DNA of 64,000 bases from Rhizophagus irregularis (lineage: Eukaryota): contig NC_089432.1 of the NCBI RefSeq assembly GCF_026210795.1, positions 3,658,001-3,722,000 on the forward strand. Reading direction: 5' to 3'. The notes under the pieces are model-generated. The model did no database searches, was not told where the DNA came from, and saw only the letters and a list, made by a program, of their open reading frames with translations. Shown here in pieces: positions 20,633 to 33,439 of this stretch (positions within the stretch are counted from its first letter, which is position 1; every line of letters begins with the position of its first letter). Made by a program: the position numbers and the translations under genes.

Positions 20633-20928
20633 TTCCCTTTATTACTTTAGAATTTTTTATGCATTTTATTTTCTTTACAAACATTTATTAATATATAGAA
20701 TTTTAGACTAGAAACTTTTAGAACAATATTTTAATTATTAATTTTATTAATTTTAATTTTACTCTGGGTAAAGTGGATACTTAAGATCTAAATAAAGGAT
20801 GTCTATGCATGCATTGAGTTTTGTTATCAAGGTCCTTCTGTGGTACATCAACATCTATCACAAGATAAAAGATGGGTGATCCGCTAAAGTAAACCCCTGA
20901 TCTCCTATTCAGATCATATATCCGTTTG

Positions 20929-21450
20929 TTATTTATTTATTTATTTTATTTTATTTTATTCCACCAAGAGTAGTTAATCCTAACTAGTACAAATAATAGT
21001 TATCATATATCGAAATACATTAAACTAAAAACCGTGTCTAGAGTAGGAAAATTCATCCAGCACTGGAAACTAAATTCCCATACCACCAGACCTCACCCTT
21101 TGATAAAGAGAAAGGCTCGACCCAGGTGAAACTTCGCCGCCTAGACAAACCCAAACGAACTGGGTAAAAATAAAGAAGAAACTGGGGCAAGCCCCCTCTA
21201 AAGCCAAGGGCTTATAGAGTAGAATAAAAAGTAGCCCTTTGTTGAAATATGCTACCGACCGGTACATACTAATTCACCATGATGCAGTCCAGCCTACACT
21301 AATCCCTGTACCTTCACACTATTGGTAGTAGTGTCCGCAGTAAAATTCTTTTAATTTCCGTGATTGTGGAAATCGAACCTGTGACCTCACCATACTCAGG
21401 CTTCATGAGGGGACTCACAGACTAACCAATGAGCCAAGGGTGATCAACCC
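20929..21450 (-). mobile_element. tRNA-derived SINE (~520 bp) with (TAAA)n tail
   Basis: Minus strand: Pol III A box TGGCTCATTGG (21426-21436), B box GGTTCGATTTCC (21368-21379), ~400-nt body, then an AATAAAATAAAATAAATAAATAA-type tail (20929-20960). The TSD cannot be resolved in AT-rich flanks. Confidence 0.8.
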
Positions 21451-21994
21451 ATTTTATTAATTTTATTTATTATATTTGTTATATTTTATTTATTTATTAT
21501 ATTTTATTTATTTGATATATTTATTTTATTTCATTTATTTATTTTATTTATTTTATCAAATATACTTGATTTTTATTTTATTATAAATAGTGTTAGGATT
21601 TTATCAAGTTGAAGGAGTAGTTTATCAGTTAGCCAATTTTTACAGTTAGTTTTACAGATAGTTAAGAATTGTATTGTAGTATTCATTTTCAGTAGTTGTC
21701 CGAAGCATGAAGACATTCTACTTCTACGCAATTCTAATGCAATGTCATTCTGTACTATAGCCTGATCAATGAATGAAATTTCGTATTACTTATAAACAAA
21801 TGTAGTCACGTGTAATGTAGTCATGTGTAATGTAGTCACTTATTACATAACTCGTGTTATTACATTAATAAAAATGATATCATATGCAAATAAAACTTTA
21901 CTTTTAAAGATAATTTTAATAATTTTAATAAATAAATAAATAAATAAATAATAATTTTAATAAATAAATAAATATGATTATAATAAATAAATAA

Positions 21995-22415
21995 GGGTAT
22001 TGCTAAATATCACCAGTGGTGATCGTCACCACACTACTTAATTCTGGCCGAAATTTATAATTTTGGCCAGAGTTAAAAAACACATTGTAAATTTTTTTTC
22101 AAAAATTTCAATTTAAATAATAAATGTGTAAAACAAACCTGAGTAGATACTAATCACACTAAAATTTTGAAAATTTGACTAAAAAAAATCTTTTTTAAAA
22201 CAAAAAATTGTATTTTGCTTATAAAATCAAACTTTCCTATTTTTCTCAAAAACTATCTAAACAACAGCCTTTATAATCTAAGGCAAACTTGTTCTACCCA
22301 TAAATTTACATATAGTAATGATATTTATAATAATATCTCAGTCAAAAATTTTTGAAAATTCAAAAAATATTTTACATGTAGTGACAATCACCACTAGTGA
22401 TATTTAGCAATACCC
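21995..22415. mobile_element. MULE-type MITE
   Basis: ~38-bp TIR GGGTATTGCTAAATATCAC... / ...GTGATATTTAGCAATACCC. 9-bp TSD AATAAATAA. Confidence 0.85.
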
Positions 22416-22460
22416 AATAAATAAATATGATTTTAATTATGATTTTAAGAAATAAATAAA

Positions 22461-22797
22461 GGATAAATCTAATTGTAACTGCCTGTTACGCGTCTTATTT
22501 GTAACAACCCCAATTTTATCCAATTAAAATTTAAGATCAGGTGTAATTGTAAACAAAAACAAAAGATCGGTCGTGTAACTAAGACAAAAGAATTTTTTAA
22601 AAAATTTTAAGAAATTGCTTATAACTTAAAATTTTGTCTATGAAACTGTCTTAAGTACATTAAGTAAAAGTTTTCCAAATTAAATTTTGCATATAATAAT
22701 TTTATTTGTGAAACACATATTAAATTTATTATTAAAAAAAAATAAAAAAGGATGTTACAAATAAGATATGTAACAGGCTGTTACAAATACATTTTTC
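22461..22797. mobile_element. MULE-type MITE
   Basis: ~50-bp imperfect TIR (GCCTGTTAC..TCTTATTTGTAACA / TGTTACAAATAAGA..GTAACAGGC). 9-bp TSD ATAAATAAA. Confidence 0.75.
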
Positions 22798-22912
22798 ATA
22801 AATAAATATACAATGATTTCAGTAAAATAATAAATATACAATAAATACATTCGCTTTATTAAAAATATTGTAAAAAATTATTTGTTTGAATTGTTTTAAA
22901 TTGTCATTTACA

Positions 22913-25900
22913 ATGAAAAATAAAAAGAATCTTAGCCAAACTGCTGCCACAATTAGACAACGTAAAAGAAGAACTGCAGAATCACTTGATGAACGTGAAA
23001 CTCGTCTTACTAATGATTATGAAAATAAGCAAATAAAAAGGTCTTTAGAAACCTCAAATCAACGTGAAGCTCGTTTGAATAGAAACTGAGCGCAGAAGCA
23101 ACATGAAAGACAATGAAGAGTTTTGGAAAATGCTGATGAACGGCTTAATCGTCAGAATGATGAATAGCATACCGATATTATTCAACCTCTTTCTGAATCT
23201 GACCGTGAGCTTCTGCAAAAATTTCGTGATAAAATGAACAAGCTGGAACATAAAATTTGTCCCATGTGCAATGAACTTTTTCCTTCAATTAATCTCATTT
23301 TGGGAATGTGTCGTTACTGCTACAGTGATAAAAATAAGATAAAAAAATTCTCACACGCAAATAATATGGATCCTGGTGATGTACCTGAAGAGTTAAAGGA
23401 TCTTACCGAAATAGAAGAAATGCTGATCGCACAAACTTTTCCAATCATATCAGTTTATTATCTTTGCACTTTCCACAGGATATAGGAGAGTTTGTATCTC
23501 GCCTTCCATAATACCCTTCAACGTTAGATACACTTATTGTCTATCACAGTTCTGCTGAAAGTTCAGGGATTTTACAGTTCGTCGTGACAAAGTTAGAAAA
23601 GCACTTTGTTGGCTGATCAATACTATGCCGATATTATTATTGATGACAATGTATTGCGTACGTTGCCTGACGAAGGATCTATTGATGATTTACTTCCACA
23701 AGTTCGTGATGCTGAGAACAGGATCCATCATGTTAATTACGAACTTCGCGATGCTAATCGTTTAAATAGTGAAACTGACAATACGATTATACGCAACTTT
23801 ATTCCAGCTCCTTTCCCTTTATGTAGTGAAAATCATGTCATTGATGATGCCCTTGCTCATATGCAATCTGAACCTGGTCCTGTTATGTGGCCAAACATAA
23901 ATGATACTGCTATTAACAAATTTAATACGCCTGGGTATATTGCTCGTGTCTATATCTAACAGGTAGTGCAGACCTTCAAGCAGAACATATCAGGGACATT
24001 AAACCAGCCGAATACTTCCAGCATTTACTCAAATATAAGGATGGAAGGTTTGCTCATCATCCCTGATGGCGATACTTTGCTTTAAATTCTCAGATGCGTT
24101 AGCATGCCTTACAGGAAGGGAAAATTTATGTCAAGCAAAGTCTAAATGGTAGTCAACTGACGATTGGGGATATTCAGGAAATGATGAAAGATGATAATCA
24201 TATGGTAGATCGTGTCATGCGTTTTGGTGAGGGTTTGCGCGGCACTAGACAATTTTGGCAAAAACGCAGCTCTGAATTATATGACATGATCAAGCAGTTG
24301 GGGGCAAAAGGGATAATATTTTTTACTTTTAGCGCAGCCGACGGATCGGTGTAAGCATTGATGTCAAGATTTGATTAATAACCCGCATATCGCTGCCTGG
24401 TTTTTTGACAAACGTTTTGAGACATTTTTGAAAACCATTTTGATTCCTAAGTGGAGATTGGAAGACTATTGGTATAGGTATGAGTGGCAACACCGAGGTA
24501 GTGTGCATGTCCATGGAATAGGAATAATGCGAGACACGCCTTTGTTTGATTGGGATAATATGAAAGATAATGAAGATGAGATGTCCAGGATTTTGTCGCA
24601 TTTTGACTCATTGGTTACTACGATTAATCCATGTCCTGATGCTCCTGTACAGCTGTACCTGTTCACCATCCTTGCCAAAAAGCTAATGATGAATTATGTG
24701 ATGACTTACAGGATTATATTGAACTAGTTAATAAATTACAGAAACATACAAGATGTAGTCCTTCATACTGTCTTAGGACTAAAAATGGTCAGCAGTATTG
24801 TAGATTTGGTTTCCCTAAAGATAATGTTGAATATAGTTTTATACATAAAAATGATCGTGGACAACCAGAGCTGATTACGTTAAGAAATAATCCTTATGTT
24901 AACTCCTATAATCACGTTCAGCTTCAAGGTTGGCGTGCGAACGTTGACCTTAAACCAGTTCTTAATATCCATGCTGCCCTTCAGTACGTCGCTAAATATG
25001 CTACAAAATCAGAACTGCATTCTTCATTTTCAGAAATTCTAAATAAGATTCTTTTCGAAAGTGATTCATCTGGTTCTTCTCTTCCTTCATTTCAACGTTT
25101 ATTGCTTCATACAGTTTTGAAACATAATTATTCCGCCTAAGAAACCTGTTATTTACTCCTTGGATTACCTCTATACCATTCCAGTCATCCGTTCGTTATT
25201 TTAAATCTTAATAATGAATCTCATCAGTGGCTTTGTGGAACTGGAATCGAAAATGTAATGCCAAATAGCGATATTGGAAGAACGGAATGATCACCTTTGC
25301 AAAAGTACTGGGATAGACCTGTTGAATTAAAAAATCTCTCAATGTTTCAGCTCTATTTGGGATACAAGTTTTATAATGGTAAATGGAAAATATATGAACG
25401 TGAGAACGTGGTACGTATTTGGCCAAGACCATCACCTCAACGCAATGGTCTACAATGGAATGAGTTTTGCCGTATAAAGGTTATATATACTCCATGTTCC
25501 CCATCGAAGCTTGGAGTAGTTGACTGAAAATAATTCTATCTCGTGGTCTGACCTTTTTAATCACAATATTGCCAATTCAGAAAATGAATTTAAAGATATA
25601 CTTGGTCCATCTGTTGATAAATTAGAAGATAAGTGTGATGACAATGAAGGCCAGCAAGAAGCGGATGAATCTAGAGATGATACACGTCTGGATTGGATGG
25701 TATTAGCAGAAATGGGTCCAAATGCAATTATTGACGGTTCTTCTGATTTAGGATTACGTGATGTTGATCGAAATAATGATTGGTTTGGCAGTGTCAGACA
25801 TCGCTATTCCAACATAGATTCTATAGACTTAAACACTTTTGTGCAGCAGTCTAGGATTGAAGACGATGTTAGTACAGTGAATTCTATTATAGTAGATTAT

Positions 25901-27558
25901 CAAACATTGAATGAGAAAAAATGATTATTTTTAGAAGAATTGAAACACACTATAATGCTATTATTACAAACCATAATCAAGTTGAGCCACTCAGACTACT
26001 TATAATTATAGGTACAGCGGGAACTGGTAAATCTTATCTAATTAACGCAATTTGAGCATGTCTTCAAGAGATAGCTATGAATAATAGAGCTGAAACTTCG
26101 CCTGTGATTGTTCTTGCTCCTACTGGCGTTGCTGCATTTAATATTCATGGTACAACGATCCATTCAACTTTTTCAATTCTGATAAACAGTTCTGACCTTA
26201 GTATAGAGGGTGAACGACTGAAAACCCTACAAAAAAAATTGAATGGAGTGAATTATGTGATTATAGATGAAAAAAGTATGTTGGGCCGCCATATGCTTTT
26301 TGTGGTAGACTCACATTTACGTGCGGCCTTTCCTGAACATCGAAATCAACCATTTGGTGGTCGATCGGTCATTTTAGTAGGTGATTTCGGTCAACTTCCT
26401 CCAGTAATTGATGAGCCAATGTATTCTAAGAAACCTAGACATGACTCACTGTCAAATGATGGTATGAATGTATACAACCAATTTTGAGAGATATATCAGC
26501 TTGACGCAGTTTGCTGTCAATCAGGAAATTTGCCTGAGCAGCATCTTTTTAGAGATATTTTGATGCAATTACATGATGGCAAATCAACAATAGATGATTG
26601 GAGGATACTTGCAATATGTTTTGATAATTCATCCACTACAGAAAACAATCAATTTATGGATGCAATACATATAACTCCTCGAAAGGGTGACGTTCATGAG
26701 ATTAACTTTGCTAAATTCAAATTGTTAAATGCTGAGTTCGTGCTGTCCATACTGGTGGAAATGATGCTTTTAAGGCAGATTCTAACACTGCAAAAGGCCT
26801 TAAAGCACAATTATTGTTGTCCAAGAATGCACGAGTTATGCTTAGAGCAAATTTGTCTGTGAAAACAGGGCTGGTAAATGGCTCAGTAGGAATGATTGAT
26901 GATATACTCTTCCAAGAAAACCAAGGTCCACCTTCTCTTCCAATTGCTGTCCTTGTAGAATTTGATAATTATAATGGTCTCACAATTATATCTACCAAGG
27001 GTAACAAAGTTGTCCCCATTACACTAATTCGACGTTCCTGGGAAATCAAAATGGTAGCTTGTTCACGTTTGCAAATTCCTCTCACACTTGCGTGGGCAAT
27101 ACTATACATAAAAGCCAAGGACTGATGCTACCAAAAGCTTTTATAGATATTGGAAAGAAGGAATATTCTGCTGGTCTCACATTTGTTGCAATATCATGGG
27201 TTAGTGCTCTGAAAAACATTCTTTTTAAGCCATTTTCATTTGAAAGGATTCACTGAATCGGAAGTTGTGATAGAGTAAAAAAAAGAAAGAAAAAAAAAAA
27301 ACGACTACTGTGATATTGTAATTAACATTAGACAAATTTTTTGCGTTAATTATATAATTGTATTGAATTGTCTGTGGAAAAATTTTTTTATCAAAATAAA
27401 TTGTAACATAAATCAGAAATTTGTAACATATCACAATGTATGTTTTTAACTATATATATTTTTTAGTAATACATTTTTTTTTGTTACATTTTTATGTACA
27501 ATTATTGACGATCATGTGATTATAATGCTTCAGATGCTCCAACGGTTCCCGTTTCTAG
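22913..27558 (+). mobile_element. Helitron with decayed Rep-Helicase gene
   Basis: CxxC..CxxC zinc finger and NNMDPGDVPEELKDLTEIEEMLIA; Rep motifs TFSAAD and YRYEWQHRGSVHVHG; PIF1 motifs GTAGTGKS, APTGVAA, IIDEKSM, GDFGQLPPV, TIHKSQG. Many stops and frameshifts. Likely 3' end AACGG-TTC-CCGTT-T-CTAG|T at 27541-27559. The 5' end was not located; start is the first ATG. Confidence 0.9.
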
Positions 27559-28002
27559 TATAATTCAAGATAATTAATTTCGCAACCAAGAGATTATCTA
27601 TATTTTTCATCATATCATCTTACATTATTTTAATAAAAACCTATTTTCTTTAAACGAACATCTAATGTTATTTCACGTAATTATTTGTGATCAACTTAAG
27701 ATTTTTCTATTAAGTTAAACTCCAGTTAACCTATTAAAGTGTTAAAGATTTTCAGTCAGCTTTAATCATTGACAGGATAACACTATTTATAACTATTATA
27801 AATTTGCTTTCAAAACTAAATAAACTAGGGAATGGTAATTATTAAAAGTCTGAAGTGAGTTAATTAAACATGGGTAAATTTAATTAAATACAGATAAATT
27901 TAATTAAATAATGAACCCACCTATTGGTAAATAAAATTATTACAACTAATATTTATTACATTTGATTTAAATTTTTAATATTTATAATTTATAATTTTAA
28001 TT

Positions 28003-31000
28003 GGAAAATTTTAACGCTCACCCCAGGTGAAAATCACCTGATCACGTGATTTAAATTTTGTGATTTCGTTTAACTTTTTTTTATATGGAAAATCTTAAAA
28101 TTTTAAAAGTAATTTAAAAAATTCTTTACATTTTTACATAATAAAATATATAAATAATTAATTGATAACGTGTAGAATTTTTTTCTCTTTCTAATGAATA
28201 TTTTATTATAATTATTAAGTAAAAAATGATTAACTTTCATTAGAAGTAACTGTGTAAAAAAAAAACACTTATATTTTTTCCCCAAACCTCCCAAACCTCC
28301 CACCCACCATAAGACAGATAGTCTTTATATAGTTTTTTCCGAACCCCTTAAAAAATTAAAAAAAATGCATTGCACCATTATACACTTTCGTGTTCGCTCT
28401 AATTAAATAATTTGTGACGCAATTAAATTATAAATTAGTAAACGCACATATATACATTATTTTATTGATATTAAATCAACAAATACCTTGACGAACTTGT
28501 ATATATCCATATACTACATCTTGTATTAATATCCATATACTACGTCTTGTATTAATATCCTTATATCTTGTATTAATATCCATATACTATGTTTTGTATT
28601 AATATTTTCGCATCTACCTTCTACCAATTGGGCATTTTTTTTGGTAATGTCCAGATTGACCACATAAAAGACATTTTCGCTGTACTCTTGTAGTTTGATT
28701 ATCATTTATTTCTGTAACTTCTCGCATTGGAATTCTTCTTTTTGACAATTCTAATACACTCTTTAATCTTCTTTTAGAAGGAGCTCCCCGAATTTTAGTA
28801 ACATTAGGATCAGTAATCTGATCAATTAAATCTTTTTGTAATGAAATTATGTTAGCATTCTGTGCAGCTCTTTCTATACCATTAATTTCTTCTAAATTAT
28901 CATCATCACCAACTTCTTCTTTCAATAACCGAATTAATTCACAATCACTATTAGTTTCTAAAGCAATATTAACAGCTGTTTTTGCTATTGAAAATGCTAT
29001 ACCAAATCGATTTCTTTGAGAAGTATTTTGCTGATGAATACTTTTATTATCATCTAATCCTTGAAATTGTCGCATGTTTTGAAGTGTAAAATTAATTTGA
29101 TAAGATGATGATGATGAAGAATTATCATTTGATTCTATTGCAGTAAGAATTGGCGAATTTTCAACGTTACCCTCTAAGTTTGTTAAAATACTATCTTTAT
29201 ACCATCTATTTGGTATAATACTAATATGAAACTTCGCTATACCTGAATATAACATAACACGCCAAAAATGTCGACAAATTATACCTTTAGTTACACTTTC
29301 CATACATGTACAAAGATGACTGCCATCATCTAATAATATTACTAAATTTTCACGTTTTGAAAGTCCACCTACACGACGTATTCTCCATGTTTCAATAATA
29401 TTTATAGAATCAATACCATTTAAAAAAGATTGTAATATTATTTGTGGTTCATCAACTACATCTTCTATAAAATAATTATCAACAGTATCAGATTCTAAAA
29501 CCTATATATTATGTATAATAATATAATAAATAAACTTAATTAACAATAATAAAATACTATGTAATTCAACAAATAAATTTAATACTTACATTATCAAATG
29601 ATAAAACTAGTTGACCTTCATAAGTAAGTGATTGAGAAATTTGAAATCTTTGCCAGGATAATACAAGAGGCGTTAAAAAATGATTGAGAATTGCATCAAT
29701 ATTAGAGAAAAATTGTGAAGCTAAATGTGGTAATCCAACCGTTGTTTGTTGTGCCTTAAGGTCAACTAATTTACAATATTGAGATTCATCATCGTGTCTT
29801 TTATTGATTGCTTTTTCAACATCACAAAGAGAACTAGTACTATTTACTGCCTTTTTAATAATACCATTAAATGATTCAACGCTTTGAGTACTTTGGATAC
29901 CCGCATGAATTGAAATGGTGAATACGATTTGGCCCAACTAGAATGATTAGAATATAATACTTTAGTCATATATGAACAGCTTTCTGGAAATGTACTCATC
30001 ATAACTTTCCAATATTGTTCAAATAACTCAACACTTAATGTATTTCTACATAAATAAAATGCCTTACTAAAAGATGGAAATGCTTCACCTAATTTATTTT
30101 TAAGATGTTTGATAATATTTTGCCAAATATGAAAAAGGCAATAAAAGTGTGGTGTTGTTGGAAAAACATGAGATGCAGCATTAATTAAACCAGGTTCTGA
30201 ATCTGTCCAAAATGCTTTTGGAGTTGTTTTATCAGTTGCTTCCATTAAACATTTCAAAATCCAAATATATGTTAACGCCATCTCATCTTCTACCAAAGCA
30301 TTAGCTACATTTTGAAATTTTCCATAATTATCTCTCACCATAAAGACACTCAAATACATATTATATTTGTTAGTCTTACAGGTATTATCATTTAACACCA
30401 CATCATGGAATCTTTGATACAAATCCTGTTGAAATGGTGACATCCAAAAAATACCAGATAAACGTCTTTCATTACCAGAATGCCGAACAAATACCTTCCA
30501 ATTTGAATCTTTAGTCATTTTTTCAAAAAGAACATTAAGTAATAAACCAGAATCAAGGTTTTCATCTTTATTATTTCCATGTAACTTGTAAATTGAATTA
30601 TAGACGTCCTGTTTGTGAAAAACATGTTCTGGGTATTTTTTTTTAAGAATTTCTAATTGTACAATAGGCGCAACTTTGCAATCTGTAAAAAATGCTAATT
30701 CTTGCATCATGTCATCATTAAACTGTCTATATCTAGCATTAAGATGAGCTATTTGGGCTGAGTTTAATTCATGATTATGGGAATCTATTAATGTTGTACA
30801 TCTTATATGTTGTTCAGTTTTTGGTAATTTAAAATTACAATGCCATTCACAATTGGTTTTGTTAGAGTTACGCAAACGATGTACATTTTGATTAATTATT
30901 TTTCGACCTTCATAATTACCATTTAAGGAACAACGAAATGATTTACGATGGATAATAGAATGATCATTTATGTCTTTATCATTTCGATATATTTGATAAC

Positions 31001-31620
31001 CAAATCCTCTTTCCAAACAGTAATTATACATAAACTTATCAACAGACATCCAGTCATCAAACATATCTCCAATATGAAGATTATATTGATAAATAGGAAA
31101 GTTTGAATTATTATTAGAATAGTTAAAAGTATTTGTATTATCAATAACTGGGTTTATAGGTTCTACTTCTAGTTCAATAAAAACATTATCGTTAGGAGAT
31201 ATAATAGTATCTTCTATGTCACAGTTTACACCACTTTCAATAAAAAAGTTTGGTGGTGGTGTAAAAACATCTTCAATATCTTTTGGAAAATTTATAAATG
31301 ATTCCCAGTCCAATTCCATTATGGTGAAAGAGGCGTAAATATAAAATATCACCGTGTAAATTATCACATTAATATTAATAGGGGTAATAGTAACTTTACA
31401 AGAAAAAAATTTTTACGCATTTGTATCAATACAAATGTAATACAAAATAAGGTGAAAATCACCCCAGGTGAAATAAAAATTTTTAATTATTAAATTCACC
31501 TAGGGTGAAAAAATTTAAAAATCACCCAGGGTTAAATTAAATTTTTAATTATTAAATTCACCTAGGGTGAAATTAATTAATTTTTATTAGTAAAATCACC
31601 TAAGGTGAAATTTAAATTAA
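28003..31620 (-). mobile_element. MULE/Mutator-like element (boundaries approximate)
   Basis: Palindromic TCACC(C/T)NNGGTGAAA repeats on both sides of the transposase gene (~28018-28050 and ~31450-31610). A matching terminal TIR pair and TSD were not found. Confidence 0.6.
28614..31367 (-). pseudogene. MULE transposase, FAR1/FHY3-like (single apparent frameshift near 29905)
   Basis: FAR1-like N-domain (C..C..H.H), DNTCKTNKY, TDSEPG, CLFHI, WAKSY then a shifted-frame AGIQSTQSVESFN; GT-AG intron 29502-29589; SWIM CTC..GIICRH; terminal CLLCGQSGHYQKKC. Confidence 0.88.
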
Positions 31621-32844
31621 TTCATTTTAATTATTTCAATTGCAATAGTTTTCCCTTATGTATTGTATTTATTATTATAATAATAATTTTTATTTTCTTT
31701 TATTAACAAATATTAATTATATAAGTCATCAGAAATCTAACTAAAAGTAAAATTCATAATTAAGAATTTTAAAGATCTTACTATATATAGATAAATTAGT
31801 AAAATTACTTTTTAGATCAATTAAATAATAGGCTAGTAAAATTACTAATAAATTTAAAATTTTTCACAGAAACCTCTATTGGAGTTTTATTCATCATCAT
31901 ATAGTAAAGTTTTTTTCAAAGAATTATAATCATAAGAAATCATAGACTTCAAATGGTATTTATAATAATTCTAGCTTAATAGTTTACTTGTTAATATAAA
32001 GGTTAGTTGTTTCACAATTAATAGTAAGTTACTTGCCATTTTTAAAGCGAGTTCTATATGTGCTACTTTACAAAATTATAACATAGTGTAAATTTAACTA
32101 AATTGAAAATGGTAAACTTTATAGTTAAAGCCTTAAAGGTAAGTTTTTACTATTCTTGCTTTTTATTTCTAATATTTCTTTTTTTTTTATATGGGCTGAT
32201 TCTTGGAATCTAATTTTTTTACACAAAAATAATTTTATTAAAGCAAATATAAATTATTATTTATATAAGAATAATAAATTTATACTAGATAATGCAAAAA
32301 AAACTAATTAATTATATAATTTTTAATTTTTTTTTAATATAAGATATCATTAAAATTTAAAAAATCAATATAACTCTCATGATAAAATCATTGATAATTC
32401 TTCATAGAAATAAGCTATATCAATGAATTTATATTCATTTGAAAGAAAAAATCGAGATCTATCTAATGAATCTAAAATCAAGTGAATTGAATCACTAGTT
32501 GTTTAGTAATCACATTCAGTATATTTATTGAATTTTATCTAAATTTGATCATTAATTACTTCACATGTAGTGATTCAATTTGAATGATCTTTGCTCTTTA
32601 AAGTGATGCCAACTTTTATCTTTAAAATAAATTTAAAATAATTCATTTAATATATGTAGATGTTCAGGAATCATTGATAAAATCTGATATATTAAATATC
32701 TGTAGATGTAAGCTACATAAATGAAATTATATTCATTTAAAAGAGAAAATTAAGGTTGAATGAATTGAATCACTGAATTGTGAATAATTATGTCCAATAT
32801 ATTTATTAAATTTGATTTAACTTTGGTCATTAATTACATTTCAT

Positions 32845-33200
32845 TAGTGCTCTGAAACGAATCAAGTTGACTTACAAGTTGGTCGAGTCGAGTTGAGTCG
32901 AATTGAAATTTACAATCAAATTGAATCGATTCGAGTTAAGTTAATAAATTAATAAAATCAAGTCAAGTTGAGTTAAGCTGAATTAAACATAATTCCGGCC
33001 AAATTTATGGAATTTCCTTTTTTGGAAATTATATTACACAAAATCTAAGACAAAAAATTTTTGAAATTACAATAATGGAATTTTGTAAAACGGCTATTGC
33101 CAAAAAGGAAATGATTAGCATAGCTGAATAAAATCATATTATTTAATTTGACTTGACTCGATTCAGTTTGACGGGTTGACTCGACTCATTTAGAGCACTA
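32845..33200. mobile_element. hAT-type MITE
   Basis: TAGTGCTCT / AGAGCACTA termini, GTCGA/GACTC subterminal repeats in inverted orientation, degenerate 8-bp TSD CATTTCAT / CGTCTCAT. Confidence 0.7.
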
Positions 33201-33439
33201 CGTCTCATCCAGTGATCCAATTTTCCTGATTTTTAATTCTTACAATAGAACTGTAAAATAATGATGTTAGTATATCTTTAGTAATAATAATACACGATTT
33301 TGTCATCTGCATAAAGTCTGATTTGAAATTTTATTTCTTACCAAAAAATGCCTTCATAAAATAATTCCAAATTCTTTTACTTTATTTAAAAGATTTTATT
33401 TGTCATTTAAGAATTTTAGTAGAATAAATCTAATAAAAT

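Noticed and set aside
21355..21445. Functional tRNA gene on the minus strand
   Set aside because: A and B boxes are present, but there is no convincing acceptor stem and the sequence continues into a 400-nt body with a TAAA tail, so it is better read as a SINE head.
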